Assembly: GCA_951406725.2 (NCBI GenBank)
Contig: OX597821.1
Coordinates: 44,268,001 to 44,332,000, forward strand
Length of the DNA: 64,000 nt
Direction: 5' to 3'
From: Octopus vulgaris
Taxonomy: Eukaryota
This document shows positions 39,331-52,202 of this stretch, piece after piece. The notes beneath the pieces are model-generated. The model ran no database searches and had not been told where the DNA came from. It worked only from the letters and a program-made list of their open reading frames with translations. Each line of letters starts with the position of its first letter. Positions within the stretch are counted from its first letter, which is position 1. The translations under genes were made by a program, and so were the position numbers.

Positions 39331-40299
39331 ATCAGTCGTAGCCAGTCAGTGTTCCATCATCCTCGTAGTAGCCTGTGTCTCACTTGCATACAAGAGTACA
39401 GGTAGGAGAGTGTTATTGAAGATTCTGGCATGTATGGCATTGTTTGCTTTTGATTTGAGTACATCCTTTAATGAGCTTAATGTCTTCTATCCTGCCCTTA
39501 TTCTCTTTCAGATTTCAGCACATATTCACAGTGTACCCTAGATAGACATACTATTTACCTCCTCTTCAGGAAGTAAAGGTTGTGGAAATGTACATAGTGA
39601 TGCATTAAAATATATATAAATTCCATCCATGGATTGTAATTGTTATTTCTAAATGTATATATACATATAAAATACAAGAATGGGACAAGAATGCAAAACA
39701 TCCAGACAGCTATGTGACACAAAAAAGGGACAACAAAACAATCCAGATAGACAATATACTTATATATTTTGAGCAAAGTCAACTCCAGCATCAAGACCAA
39801 CTTCATGCAAGGATGAAGGCATGCTAGCAAAATGCTGCTCCTCTAAATGGAAATCTTACCTATCATTATGGTTTTATAGCATGAAGCAAAGCAGGCCTTG
39901 CTGTCCACTGAAGAAAACACATAGTTAATGATCCACAAGCACTCAAGCAAACTGAGTCCTCAACTTGTTCCATTTACCAAAAGGTTTGCAAGGCACCAGA
40001 AGGCCTCAAGAGACACATTCATGTCCATAGAGCATGATTGATGCTTTATTTTACTGAACCCTCATTTGTTGTTCATGACAAGAGAATCTGTCATGCAGTA
40101 GTTCGCTGGTGAAACATATTCATGGCTTAAGGCTACCTTATATCATCTACGGTATTTACACAATTGTCACTGGATCTACCTCAGGAATTCCTCAGTATAT
40201 AACAAATGATTGAGACAGAATATATGAGAAACTTTATTGCTCACAACAATAAAGTTTCTTGTATATTCCATTTTCTGTCTCCATCTTTTGTTATATATC

Positions 40300-40484
40300 T
40301 ATGTGCTGTTGGCGATTTCTTTTCCTTCTTTGAATTTTTCCCTTTCTCTTTTCCAATGAAGAGCTATGTTCGAAACATCAAAACCTCTCTCTTTTTTTTA
40401 CTGAGCATCAAACTAAGACATTCCTTGTGCACATTATCTTGTTGTCTGGCATTATTGATTTTATTGTTTGTTTATTTAGTTGAC

Positions 40485-40490
<6 letters not shown>
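40300..40490 (+). mobile_element. PLE pLTR-like fragment (same family as 1731-1935) with decayed hammerhead motif
   Basis: TTT CCAATGA A GAGC-TAT-GTTC GAAA CA TC AAA at 40350-40383, then CTGAGC..TTGTT..ACTATATA tail. Confidence 0.55.
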
Positions 40491-40520
<30 letters not shown>

Positions 40521-40750
40521 TGTATGTATGTATTTATGTATGTATGTATCTATCAAGGGTTGAACAAAAAGAATACAAATAGAAAAGTTAGATGAAAGCA
40601 GAGTAAATGCAAAAGTAGATGAAAACTAAGCAAACAGGAAATAAAACAACATGGAATATTCACAGCTGAGTTTCCCTCTTCAGTCAAAGACGCGAAATAT
40701 CATAGCTGTTTCACATACATATATATATATACACACACATATATATACAC

Positions 40751-40789
<39 letters not shown>

Positions 40790-40849
40790 TATATATATAT
40801 ATGTATGTGTGTATGTGTGTGTATATATAAATATTTATATATGTATATA

Positions 40850-41154
40850 ATTAAGATTCAGCTGAATTAGGTACTTAAATTGAGGCACCTTGCCAGTACA
40901 GTATAGTCTGCACAGCTCCAAGTTAGATGAACAGAATGTAAATAAGTAACAAGGATGTACACGTGTCAATACATTACAGCCATTTCAAGCAGCTCCATTT
41001 TATCCTTTATGTTTGAAATCTATATGGTCATCTACTCTGAAGAGAGCAGTTTCTTTCAAATTGATGTAATGTTTTCATTGATCAATTAAATGGAGCCACT
41101 TGAAACGGTTGTAATGTATTGGCACCTGTACACCTTGTGACTTATTTACATTCT
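40850..41154 (+). mobile_element. Short PLE-like element with about 68-bp inverted duplication and hammerhead-like motif (41033-41118)
   Basis: Arms 40933-41000 and 41088-41154. Core CTGAAGA GAGCAG...GAAAC GGTT GTA. The 40850-40915 segment is homologous (reverse) to 29345-29400. Confidence 0.55.
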
Positions 41155-41835
41155 ACGAAAAATGGCTAATATTTTCTTTAAGCTTCACTTTTGTTACATT
41201 TATTCAAGCACCAAAAAATCGCTCTCAATACATTGCTATGAGGTTCCCCCACTACTTCTGCTCATGATCAGAGATGTGCATATGTTCAAGTGGTTAAAGT
41301 CAAGCAACTGACGAGCAAATCTGTGGTACTGAGCTGAATATTTGCTATAACAATATTTCTGCTTCAGCAACTCAGTACTGAATCTGTTTGAAATGTAATG
41401 GAAATTAGGTCAGTTTTGAAATATTGATATCCAGTTTGAAGAGAATAGTAGTTATTTCCTTTGATTTCTAGATAGAAGCAAATAGGAAATAACACAAAAT
41501 AAAAATTGTGTTACACAGTGTTATATATAGGACTACTTTACCTAACATGTACTTCCATTTTAAATAAAGTAGTGTATATTTTTTTATGAATATTTAGCTA
41601 TTATGTCTAGTTTGCCCAAGTGACTGAGTAGAGGCTCATTCATTTCCAACTGTTGCGATGGATGAATTTATTTTGCAGGAAATCACTTCAGCAGATTGTT
41701 GTACATATGAAGGATATTGAGAATCAATGTCCTCCAACTAAGTAGAAAAAAAAAATAGTTACGAGAAAATTAATGAAAAATTTTATTTCTTTACTAACAC
41801 CTGTTTTTTTTTTCTTTTCTTGTGTCTTTTTGCAG

Positions 41836-42016
41836 CTTCCGAGTGTCATGAAATTTTTCGCAGTCAACTGAAAAAATCTGGAACTTTCACATCTCCTGGT
41901 TTTCCATCTCACTATCCAGAATTAGTGTCTTGTCGATATATTTTTGAAGCTGTTGGTGATAAACGTATCAAAATTAAGTTTGAATATTTTGAGCTTGAAG
42001 GCAACAGTGATGCTGG
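41836..42016 (+). CDS. Coding exon, N-terminal half of a CUB domain (SOL-1/Neto/tolloid/cubilin-like extracellular protein)
   Basis: Polypyrimidine tract and TGCAG acceptor ending at 41835; donor GG|GTGAGT at 42017. Translation SECHEIFRSQLKKSGTFTSPGFPSHYPELVSCRYIFEAVGDKRIKIKFEYFELEG matches the CUB pattern C..G.F.SP.FP..YP...C.Y.F......I.F..F.LE. Phase 1 start, phase 2 end. Confidence 0.92.
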
Positions 42017-42515
42017 GTGAGTGAAAGTTTCTGTTTATTTAACTAAAATTTCCCATGCATTTGGAATTGTTTCATGAAATTGTGTAATATTTACACAAGA
42101 GGTGCAGGTGTGGCTGTGTGGTAAAAAGTTTGCTTCTCAACCATGCTTTTTACTGAGTGAAAAAATACTCTCCCTATCACTCAATCCATGTCCAACTTTC
42201 TAAGTTTATACATTACATTTATTCCTTTGAAGTCACTGCCTGACCTCTGTGTCTCTCTATATGTTTCTATCTCTCTCACTATCTCCCTTTCTTTCTCTCT
42301 AGATATATATGTGTCTCTATCTCACTACCTCTACTTCTTTTTCTCTCTGGAGAAAAAATACATGTGACAGATAGAAAGTGGGGTTGGAGAGTCAGACAGA
42401 GGCAGAATAAACATTTATTTAGAATATCTAAAGTGTGCTACCAATACTACCACTGCAACTGCTAATACCTATTTATCTATAGGGCAACCACTACTACTAA
42501 CACAACCACAACTTA

Positions 42516-43090
42516 TTGCCATCAACTATGCTTCCCAGAAATCTGGATTTGCAAACATTGTCTAATGGTACATATATGGTTATGACTGAACTACAGCCTC
42601 TCATTATCAAAGCAAAAATCCTCGATGGATGGGGCAAGGGAGACATCGTATTTATACCTAGAATACCCCTAATACCAACAAATGTCCCCTTTCGTTTCAA
42701 ACAATTGTAATTCCCAGTGATAGTCAGTTACATAATGACTATTAACAAGTCCCAAGGTCGAACACTGCAGGGCTGTTTCTCACGTGTTCAATTGTATGTA
42801 GGTTGTTCCAGAGTAGGAAGTCCACAGAAACTCTTCATATATTCTCCAAAGAAATAAGATAAAAACATTGTATATACTGAAGTTCAGTAAATGTTTTATC
42901 ATTTTTGTACAATGCATTTCTCTATTATTATCTGTATTACTTTCTGTATTTACATATTCTAAAAATTTTTTTTTACTTTTTAACAACTTTTATTGTAAGG
43001 AAAATGGGCATTGCAATAGATGCCAATATGTACCTTTTGAATACATTTCAACACTGTACAGACCAAGTCAAATGCCATGAGGCCCGCTAG
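42516..43090 (+). mobile_element. Helitron 3' part: Pif1 helicase fragment and CTAG terminus
   Basis: RNLDLQTLSNGT..IIKAKILDG.GKGDIVFIPRIPLIPTNVPFRFKQL*FPV..SY.MTINKSQGRTL..FSHVQLYVGCSRVG; ends GGCCCGCTAG|T. Confidence 0.85.
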
Positions 43091-43099
43091 TATACACAC

Positions 43100-43295
43100 A
43101 CACCGTGTGTATACCGTTGGAGTTTTTTTTCCTCCGCCTTCCCTTCCTTGAATCTTTCCATTTACTATGTTTCTGACAAAGAGCTCCACTCGAAAAGTTA
43201 AATCCTCCTTCTTTCTTTTCTTTCCTGAGCGTCCAATAACACTATACTTGTTCTACACCCCCACATTGTTGTGTTTTCATGTTTGGATTAACTAT
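43100..43295 (+). mobile_element. PLE pLTR-like fragment (same family as 1731-1935) with decayed hammerhead motif
   Basis: ATGTTT CTGACAA A GAGC-TCC-ACTC GAAA AG TT AAAT at 43167-43203; tail ends in (TA)n. Confidence 0.6.
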
Positions 43296-43309
43296 ATATA
43301 TATATACAT

Positions 43310-43340
<31 letters not shown>

Positions 43341-43399
43341 AAGGAAAGAATAAATAGAGTCAAAAGGAAAAGGGAGTATGATTTGACAGATGTTTAATG

Positions 43400-43515
43400 A
43401 CCACTACACATGTTTCAATACAACATAGATAGATCCACATATATACAGGATTTAAATTTAAATTAAGTCATGGTTTACCTATATAACAGGAGCTAGTTGT
43501 ATCTCCTCAGGTAAT
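43400..43515 (-). ncRNA. Type I hammerhead ribozyme-like motif with intact core and long stem II insert
   Basis: Minus strand reads ATTAC CTGAGGA GATACAAC-(about 70 nt)-GTTGTATT GAAAC ATGT GTA GTGGT. Stems I, II and III all pair. Confidence 0.65.
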
Positions 43516-43604
43516 ATACAATCGCTGTCTCCATAAGTAAATGTTTGATTTTGATGATCCATTTCCAAGTAAGTTTTATCATGTATAAATATATATATAT
43601 ATAT

Positions 43605-43711
43605 ATCACCTGAGGAGATACAGCTAGGTCCTCTTATACAGATAAACCATTACTTAATTTAAAATCCTGTAAATATGTGGATTAATGTTGTACTGAAACA
43701 TGTGTAGTGGT
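43605..43711 (+). ncRNA. Type I hammerhead ribozyme-like motif (inverted twin of 43400-43515)
   Basis: ATCAC CTGAGGA GATACAGC-(about 62 nt)-GTTGTACT GAAAC ATGT GTA GTGGT. Confidence 0.6.
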
Positions 43712-43717
43712 CATTAA

Positions 43718-43937
43718 CCCTTTCGTTACTGTATTTATTTTGAGATGCTCTGCGTTTCTTTCAATTACTTTAAATATAACAAAGAATTCAGTAAAATAAC
43801 TTAGTTATCATTCAGCTAGTGTTAGGAATACAAATTGTGACTAAGGTTTGGTGGAAGATTATAATTCAAAACTTATGAAAACAAGACATTTGTACTGAGA
43901 GCCAGAGGTGGTTTCAGCTGGGTTGGTAACAAAAGTG
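43718..43937. mobile_element. piggyBac/Kolobok-type MITE with TTAA target site duplication
   Basis: TTAA|CCCTTTCGTTAC ... GTAACAAAAGTG|TTAA, 10/12 TIR match. It splits the right arm of the 43341-43995 inverted repeat. Confidence 0.8.
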
Positions 43938-44405
43938 TTAAACAGCTGTCAAATCATACTCCTTCTTCCTTTTGACTCTGTTTATTTTTTCCTTTTTGTT
44001 TTTCACACACGAGAAATGCCTAAGCCTAAAATTGGTAGTATACCATAATACTGCTGGGTATCTGGTGATTCTAAGAGTGAATGAGCTCTATTTTGTACTC
44101 TAATGCATTTTTAACAGAATACACCTCAACTATATATAATAATAATAATAATAAAAATAATAATAATAAAATATACATATATATAATAGAAACAGGTTTC
44201 AAAGAAAAATGACTACAAGTGGTATATATAGGGGGCAAGTAAAAAAAAAACCAAAGAAATTGCACACTAGGTATAAGAGTGATGGCTTTTTTTTTATTAA
44301 AACAAAGATATATACATACAAATAAATGATTTGAGGTGGAATTAAGAAGTATAAAAATTAGTATCATGAGTCAATATTGAAAGTCTTACCAGTTTTGTTA
44401 TTGCA

Positions 44406-44615
44406 GCTGAAATGTTCATGATTTCGGGTAAAAGAAACTACAGGAGGAACAGTTACTTATGATTTTATTCAACATTTTTTCTTCTCAAATCCACACACTC
44501 ATTGCAACAGTCCTTCAGTTTTTCTAAGCCCCGTAAAAGAACTTGGAAGGCTGGGCCTCCAACTAGGCCTTTTACAATATCCTTAAAGCCAAGAACTTTT
44601 CACCAATCCCTCGTA
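44406..44615. mobile_element. Mariner-type MITE (second copy)
   Basis: Homologous to 30922-31142; ends AAAGCCAAGAACTTTTCACCAATCCCTCGTA. Confidence 0.7.
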
Positions 44616-45703
44616 TATCTATGTGTTTGTGTTTGTCCCCTACAACTGCTTGATAACCAGTGTTGGTGTGTTTATGTCCCCATAACTTAGCAGTTTGGCA
44701 AGAGAGACCAATAGAACAAGTGCCTGGCTTAAACAAAAAATAACTGAAATCAATTCATTTGACTAAAAATTCTTCAAGACAGTGCCCCAGCATGGCCACA
44801 GTCTAATGACTGAAACAAGTAAAAGATAAAAGATAAGGACATTACATTATTGTTAGTGAAGATCATCTCCCTCCACAGGTCCTGATTACTTCTTTATTTC
44901 ATTGACCCCCACAAAACAATGAAAGGCAAAGTCAACTCTGATGGTACTTGAAAGTAGAGCCATAAGGCATTTTGTTCATCAAGCTCTCTTTTTTTGCCAA
45001 TCCACAACCCTATAAAATTGTATGATATTAACAGAAATGTTTGACTAAGAAGTTTTGGTATTTCTGATATACTTGCAATTCTGAGAGATTTGGGAGAGAA
45101 GTGGAATTTTGAGGGCTGCTTTTGACTGATGCATTTATAAGTTATGTAAGTTTATCAGGAAATATCAATAATGCACCACGACCACCATCACCACCACTAC
45201 CACCAGCACTGCCCCACCGCTGCCGTCGCCACCACCACCACCACCACTACCACCACTACTACAACTACAATGTTTTGGAGTGAACTTTTCATTCAGCATC
45301 GATGCTATAGTCATCAGCCCATCTCTTCAGATTTTAAAATCTTCCTGCAAATTGTTCCACTTTAGGAAACTGCAGAGAGATATTTGAGGGAGATTTTCTA
45401 GCTGAGTGACCTTGTATTTCTCCTGCTAGATCAGAATAGGCAGATTATGCTTGGAAAGCTAAAAACTGTGTTACAAAATAGACAATGTTGGCTAGAAAAC
45501 TACCATGATTATTCAAAGAATTCATTTACAGCTTACACAACAACCTTTTTCTATGGGCAAGTAGATATATGTATTAATCCAAATTATTGTATTTATTTTC
45601 ATACATATTTAATCATCTATATCCACAAACAGTTTCAGCATATTGTATCTCATTAGTGACCATTAAATTATATTCAAATAGTTTCTAACTGAAAAAGTTA
45701 GAT

Positions 45704-45923
45704 CAGTGGCTCTCAACCAGGGTCTTTATAACCTTTGGGGGTCCATATATGATTTAGTTGTTCAAATTTATGTACAACACAAAAAATATTTTAATCTTTT
45801 TATACATTTCTTAATATTTGATTATCAAAATGCAGAATGTTTCTTGTTATTTCCATGGACGTCCAAGAGAAATGAATAAGGAATCAAAGGAGTCCATAGG
45901 CAAAAAATGGTTGAGAACCACTA
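45704..45923. mobile_element. hAT (Charlie-like) MITE with 8-bp target site duplication
   Basis: TIRs CAGTGGCTCTCAACC and GGTTGAGAACCACTA; flanks AGTTAGAT and GGTTAGAT. Related partial copy at about 14420-14560. Confidence 0.8.
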
Positions 45924-45992
45924 GGTTAGATAATAATTTTCATTAGAATTGTTTTGTATCATGATATATATACTTTTTGTTTCTTTTTATAG

Positions 45993-46183
45993 ATGCAAAT
46001 TTGATTTTGTTGACATTTTTGAAATTGATCACATGGGTTTCAAAACATTTTTGAACCGTTTGTGTGGTGCAGAAATTCCTGGTCCAATTATATCAATTCA
46101 ACCAAAAATAGAGATGTTTTTTAAATCTGACTATACAAAAAGTCTGCGAGGATTTCTTGGACATTATGAGTTCATAGATGATG
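45993..46183 (+). CDS. Coding exon, C-terminal half of the same CUB domain
   Basis: TTTTTATAG acceptor ending at 45992; donor G|GTGAGT at 46184. GG+A joins the previous exon in frame (Gly-Cys). Translation CKFDFVDIFE...RLCGAEIPGPIISIQPKIEMFFKSDYTKSLRGFLGHYEFIDD has C.FD.V, LCG, F.SD and GF...Y motifs. The two exons total 372 nt, a phase 1-1 module. Confidence 0.92.
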
Positions 46184-46989
46184 GTGAGTAATGATTTCAC
46201 AATAATTAAATTTCTTGATATTTAATTCAATGTAAAAAAAGAAAACTATTTTTATTGTGCAATAGTACCTAGATACAATTTTAAAAATATTATTTTTATA
46301 AATTTTCAAACAACAATGTGGAGTGATTTATAACAAGCAAATTTGTCCATATTGCAACACTTTTAAACATTTTTTTCAGTTTTTATCTGTTCATTAAGTA
46401 TTTATTTCTTAAATTATAAAATTCTTAATTCTCTTGCTACTAGTGAACATGATCATGATGATGACAACAACAACAATAATAATTACAATGACAACAAAGA
46501 GGACGAGGTCAATGACAACGATTATGATAATAATCCTTTTCATCATTTGACAACAGAATCTCTTCTCTGCTACTTCTTGTTCAAGAAACATATTCCACTT
46601 AACACAAAGTCCACCTGCTGCCAATGACTTCTGTGCAGAGCGCTTACTGCACCATAGCTGATGCTACACAAGCATACACTGGGGATATGTTATCTTAAAA
46701 GATTCTTGAATGAAGAAAAGATATGGTCATTAATAATGAAATATGTTTTTGCACCATTTGTCTCTTTTACGGTGATGTAGTTGTAGGTCAAACATAGACT
46801 AATTGTGCTGGCATTATACAATGGATTATAAACAAAATTAGAATTGAAAAGCAAAATGGTAAAGGAATGGAATTGTACAACCCAAAAGAGTATGAAGCAT
46901 CTAAGGCCAATCAGGGAGCCAGATAGATTCAGGATTATCTTAACTGCAAAGAATAAATTCTCTCTGATATTTCTGTCCTCCAGCCCAAT

Positions 46990-47290
46990 TTCATATCCTG
47001 AAGCTCAGGATTTTCATGAAAAGTTATTGGAAAGCAGAACCTCTCTCTCCACACTTACCTTCAATTCCAGGTGAAACTTGAAGAAATTCGGAGGGACATA
47101 GCTGAAGAGGAAAATATCTGACCTTGGTCCTTTCAATTTTGTCCACCACAGAACCTCTTTTGTCATAGCCACCTGACATAAGAAAGCAACACTTTGTTCC
47201 TCATGATAAACTCCTGATAGACTTGGTTGAGAAATAGCCATATAATTGCATAAATCAGCAACTCTGCATACTACTGCACAAGTGTGCATC
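46990..47290 (-). mobile_element. Probable L1/Tx1-like LINE ORF2 C-terminal fragment
   Basis: AFLCQVAMTKEVLWWTKLKG...FFKFHLELKVSVEREVL resembles L1/Tx1 C-termini. Pattern recall only. Confidence 0.4.
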
Positions 47291-48321
47291 AATCTGCATG
47301 CATATAGGACAGAACTTCCATGCCTATGATAATCTTTTTAAATTTTCACACAAGACCAGAACTATGAGGGGGAATGAGTTTGTCAAAAACTTTGACCCCA
47401 GTACTTGACTAGTACTTTATTTCATCAACCCCAAAAGGAATAAAGGCAAAGGTGGCCTAGGCAGGATTTGAGCTCAGAACTTAAAGAACCAGAGGAAATG
47501 CTATGGAACATTTTTCCAATGCGCTAACGATTCTGACAACTTGCTGTCTTTTCCCATGTCTATGATAATTATAGCAATAATAAAATGCTATTACATGAAT
47601 GTTATGCAATGTATCCTTTAATATTGATTAAATATCAATGAATCAAACCAAAAGAAATAATGATAAGACTGAAAGATAACTGTGTGAGTCAATTACTTGT
47701 GAAGTTTATTGCTTTTTAACTCCTATAATTAATTTATTACAAATGTTCACTGATTGGTTACCACACGGAATCAAACTAACAAAGTGCAACTTATGTCAGC
47801 AACAGACCGATTTCCCTACCCAAACACACACACACACAAAGAAATGATAAATAAAACAAATTAAAAATTATTTTAAGTCCATGGTTAGAAGGAAAATTAC
47901 ATGCTTTGAATTTTACACTTAAAAAGAATAAGAAATTGAGCATGTAAAACTTGACATTACCAGAAAACATTAAACCAGTACCTACCAAAAATGATAGCAA
48001 TCTAAATAACGAGCTAGACTTTAATTCTCAGTTCTCACAAATAGAACAGAAAAGATATAAATGGACATAAGAATGATGTGTTTTTATTCTATATGTATAT
48101 TTCAGCATCCTGAAAAACAAAACTACTGCCATATTCATACATAAGCTTTTGAGAGGAAACAACCCTATTCTAAATCCCAACAGATTCCTAAAAGATACAT
48201 GTTCAAAGCCAAAAGAATATCAGGCACCTAAATATGACCTTTAAAACAAATAATGATATATAAAAAAAATACATAGATAATGAAAATAAACAACAGAGTA
48301 GAATTAACAAGAACATAAATC

Positions 48322-48753
48322 AGATCAGAATCGAAATCGATCAATGGAAATTGCAGATGTGTTACCAGTGCCGGTGGCATGTAAGAGAACCTTCCGTTTC
48401 GTGACTGTTGCCAGCGCCGACCCAACTGGCCTCGTGCTGGTGGCATGTAAAAAGCACCATCCGTTCGTGTCCGTTGCCAGCCTCGCCTGGCCCTCGTGCC
48501 GGTGGCACATAAAAAACACCATCCGTTCATGGCCGTTTACCAGCTCTGTCTGGCACCTGTGCGGGTGGCACGTAAAAAGCACCCACTACACTCACGGAGT
48601 GGTTGGCGTTAGGAAGGGCATCCGGCCGTAGAAACACTGCCAGATTTTGAATGGGCTTGATGAAGCCTTCTGGCTTCACAGACCCCAGTAGAACCGTCCA
48701 ACCCATGCTAGCATGGAAAACGGACGCTAAACGATGATGATGATGATGATGAT
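48322..48753 (+). mobile_element. SINE family E
   Basis: Near-identical to 28905-29287, with one more internal unit retained. Confidence 0.88.
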
Positions 48754-50172
48754 AAACTATGGAAATAATAAGTTTAGCATGTGCAAAACAAAATAAAAAT
48801 ATAAACACAAAACAAAACCCTAGAAAATCTATAGAATATTAAATGTAGGAACACAAACAATATAAATAAAAAGGAATATGAAGAAATTTTAAGAATAGGT
48901 AATTCTAAACACAAGTCTCATGAACTTGACAATAATTACATAGAAAGGATGAAATAAAATATATCCATAAATATTTCTGAAAGTACTTCCCAAGGATAAA
49001 ACTCTATCCTAACCATCACAGATTTAATAAAAACAGGTATAAACATTAATACCACCAGTTTAAATGTAATAATCTATGCATCAGCTACTTTGGTTATAAA
49101 GAGATGTAAGCATTCCTTCAGTTAGGAACATAAAAACTTAAGTAAATAAGATAGACAACATACAGAAAAGTAAACTAAAAGATACTCTCAATCCTTAATG
49201 AAATTAATAATGAAAGGATGCAACCGAACAAATACTATACAAATATTACATATTAATCATAGAAATATTACATAACAAAATAAATGATATTCTTAAAATC
49301 AAAGGGCAGCTGAAACAGAATCTGTAGGTATGAAGCACAACAATGATTCTTTGAAAAACAAAAAATCACAGAAGTAGAGTAATTCTTGGAAGAAGTGTGA
49401 ACAATGAAGGAATCGCCCCAGATTTAATTGCTCAAAATAACAAATTTAGTGCCAGTCAGTGAAGATAATGACAATGCAAGAAGTAGTACAGATGCTATAA
49501 AAAATCAAAGAACTGGCACGTAGCAGGAAATGATAAAATCCCAAGCTTCTGGTTTCACTATTTAACAGAGAAACATAAATTACTAACAGAGATGTTTTAT
49601 GAGATACTAAAGAAGCTGGGTGGAGGTACATGGCATAGTGGTTAAGGTGTTGGACTTGTGATCATAATATTGTGGTTTCAATTCCTGGACTAGGCAACAT
49701 GTGTTTATTTCCCATTGTTCCAGTCCACTGAGGTAGCAAAAATGAGTAATCCTGCAATGGACCAGCATCCTGTCCAGGTGGGGGAATGTATATGGCATAG
49801 AAACTGGCCCTATGAGTCTGTATTACTCAGGAAGGAACTTCCTTTTTTTTTTTTTCAAAGAAGCTGGAAACAACCTCTGATTGGTACAATGATGGGAAAA
49901 CTATCTTTATCCTCAAGAATGAAAGAAATGATAAGCCTTAACACCTACAGAAACATTGAAAACAGAAACAATCCTTGTAATGAGTGGTGCTGTGGAAATT
50001 ATTTTTAAAAAGTAGTAAGAAGCTTGCTTCCTGACCATATAGTTCCAGGTTCAGTCCTACTGTGTGGCACCTTGAGCAAATGTTTTCTACTATAGCCTCA
50101 GGCCGACCAAAGCTTTGTGAGTAGATTTGGTAGACAGAAACTGAAAAAAGTTCATCATGTATATACATTTGT

Positions 50173-50600
50173 ATACCTGAATCCTCAATATTACACACTA
50201 TCCAAAAAACAGCCTTGCTAGGAACAACCCACATACTACACAAGACACTATCAATTCTATAATACAACCAAAACACAACAACCCACAAACACAAGGTACA
50301 CTCTATACAGCAATTATCCAGTGAAAGAAACTTCTACAAGCAAGCTAGATAACCATCGCATTATACACTCAATACACACTACAAGCAGTAATACAACAAA
50401 AGACTGCACCACACCTCCATGAGAAAAATACTACTAATACAATATAATACCAGGAAGAGTTTGTGCACTCCAAATAACAGAAAAGAATGCACAATGCTGC
50501 ACACACCCCAGCAACACAGAGGTGTAGCAGGTGATGCAGTAGAAATTTGCCTCAAACTATCAAATGTTAAACAATTATATAAATGATGATGATAATGATG
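50173..50600 (+). mobile_element. R4/Dong-like (RLE) non-LTR retrotransposon 3' end
   Basis: IPESSILHTIQKTALLGTTHILHKTLSIL* (IQK..LLGTA.ILR..L motif, stop at 50260), A/C-rich 3' UTR, (GAT/AAT)n tail. Confidence 0.6.
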
Positions 50601-51811
50601 ATGGTGATGATCAAAGTGATGATGATAAATTTACATCATAGTAGGCTTCTCAAAACAAATGATGAAGTGGCAGCTATTCCCTACGGAGCTCAAAAATGCC
50701 ATTATTATACGTTTCACTCTCACAGGAATATCTACAAGGATGATGCAGTGTGAGAGTATATTCGGCTGTAGATAACTGTAAATTCAATCTATGATAAATA
50801 AAACTGCAGGATAACATTTACCAATACTAAATTCTCTTCTGATTGATAAATCACTTTGTTTGTAGCAAGTTATAAATAGCACATACAATATGATGTTTCA
50901 GTTTCAACATCAAGAATGCATGCAGAAATAATGAGTTACACACACACACACACATGCACACACTCACACATATGCATGCACACACATATATGTATGTATG
51001 CATAATGGACATTATATTGCGTCTTTAACAGTTAAATCATATGGCTTTATGTGATATATTGCGTACTTTACTAGTGGGTACCTTTGTGTTTGTTCATATC
51101 AACATCAACACCAAATGTGTCAATGTATGAGTGTATGTGTATGCCTTTATATAATGTGTCTGCACAGTGTGAGAAAGAAACCATATATATTGGTTTCAGA
51201 TTTTGGCACAAGGCCAGCAGGTTCAGAGGAGGGTGTAAGTTGATTATAATGACCCAAGTGCTCAGTCGATACTTATTTTATCAACCCCAAAACAATGAAA
51301 GGCAAAGTCAACCATTAGTGGAATTTGGATGCAAAAGATGAAGATGGACTAAATGCACCCAATTATATGCTGGTGCTCGTGCAGGGAACATGTAAGGACA
51401 TCAAGTACAAAATCTATTTTACTTTGCAATTATATTCAAAGTTGTAAATTAAAATCTTGTAATTCACTTGGTACCTTGACATTTCACTATGGAGAACTGG
51501 ATCTTAATTAATAAAAACCACTTAAAGCTGGAGAAAAATATATTCCTGCAATATTTCACTTTTACCAAGAACTGACATAACAGACATGGCGTCATTTCCA
51601 ATTTTCCAGTTCCAGGTTAGGGTTTGTTAAAAGCAGAAATATTGAAAGAATTTTATTTCTCTCCAGCTTTGACTTGTTAAGTGGCTTTTATTACCTTCAT
51701 ATTTCTATGCTTTAAATTATATATTTAGATTTAATTGTGACAGCTTGTCAATTTTAGCTTTACAGGAAGGTGTGAACATGTGATCTCTGTTTTTCCTCCT
51801 GTGTATGTATG

Positions 51812-51867
<56 letters not shown>

Positions 51868-52202
51868 AGTGTGTGTGTCTGTGTGTGTAAGGATGAGTGA
51901 GTATACATGACTGAGCATGCATGCATGTGTGTGTCATCATCATCATCATCAATGTTCCAAACTAGTATGGGTCGGATGGTTTAACAAAGGATCCAGTGGG
52001 TTGAAGAATCACATTGAGTGCTCCATTGTCTGCTTTGGCGTGGTTTCTACAGTTGGATGCCCTTCATAATGTCAACCATTTTACAGTGTGTACTGTGTGC
52101 TTTTTGTTTTGCGCCACCAGCATTATTGAGATCAACATGCAGCTTACAGATCAACAAACCCAAGGAGGGAGAGTGCTGCATCTGTACATTGGATGGGTGT
52201 TA

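Noticed and set aside
40650-40715. GAAACAGCT and CTGAAGA words on the minus strand
   Set aside because: Order and spacing do not give a coherent three-stem fold; at most a deleted remnant.
41679-41740. Possible small upstream exon after TTTTGCAG
   Set aside because: No convincing donor site and no informative translation.
48800-49600. A-rich stretch possibly from a decayed LINE (similar at 55800-56300 and 58070-58650)
   Set aside because: Too degraded to identify motifs by eye; left unannotated.
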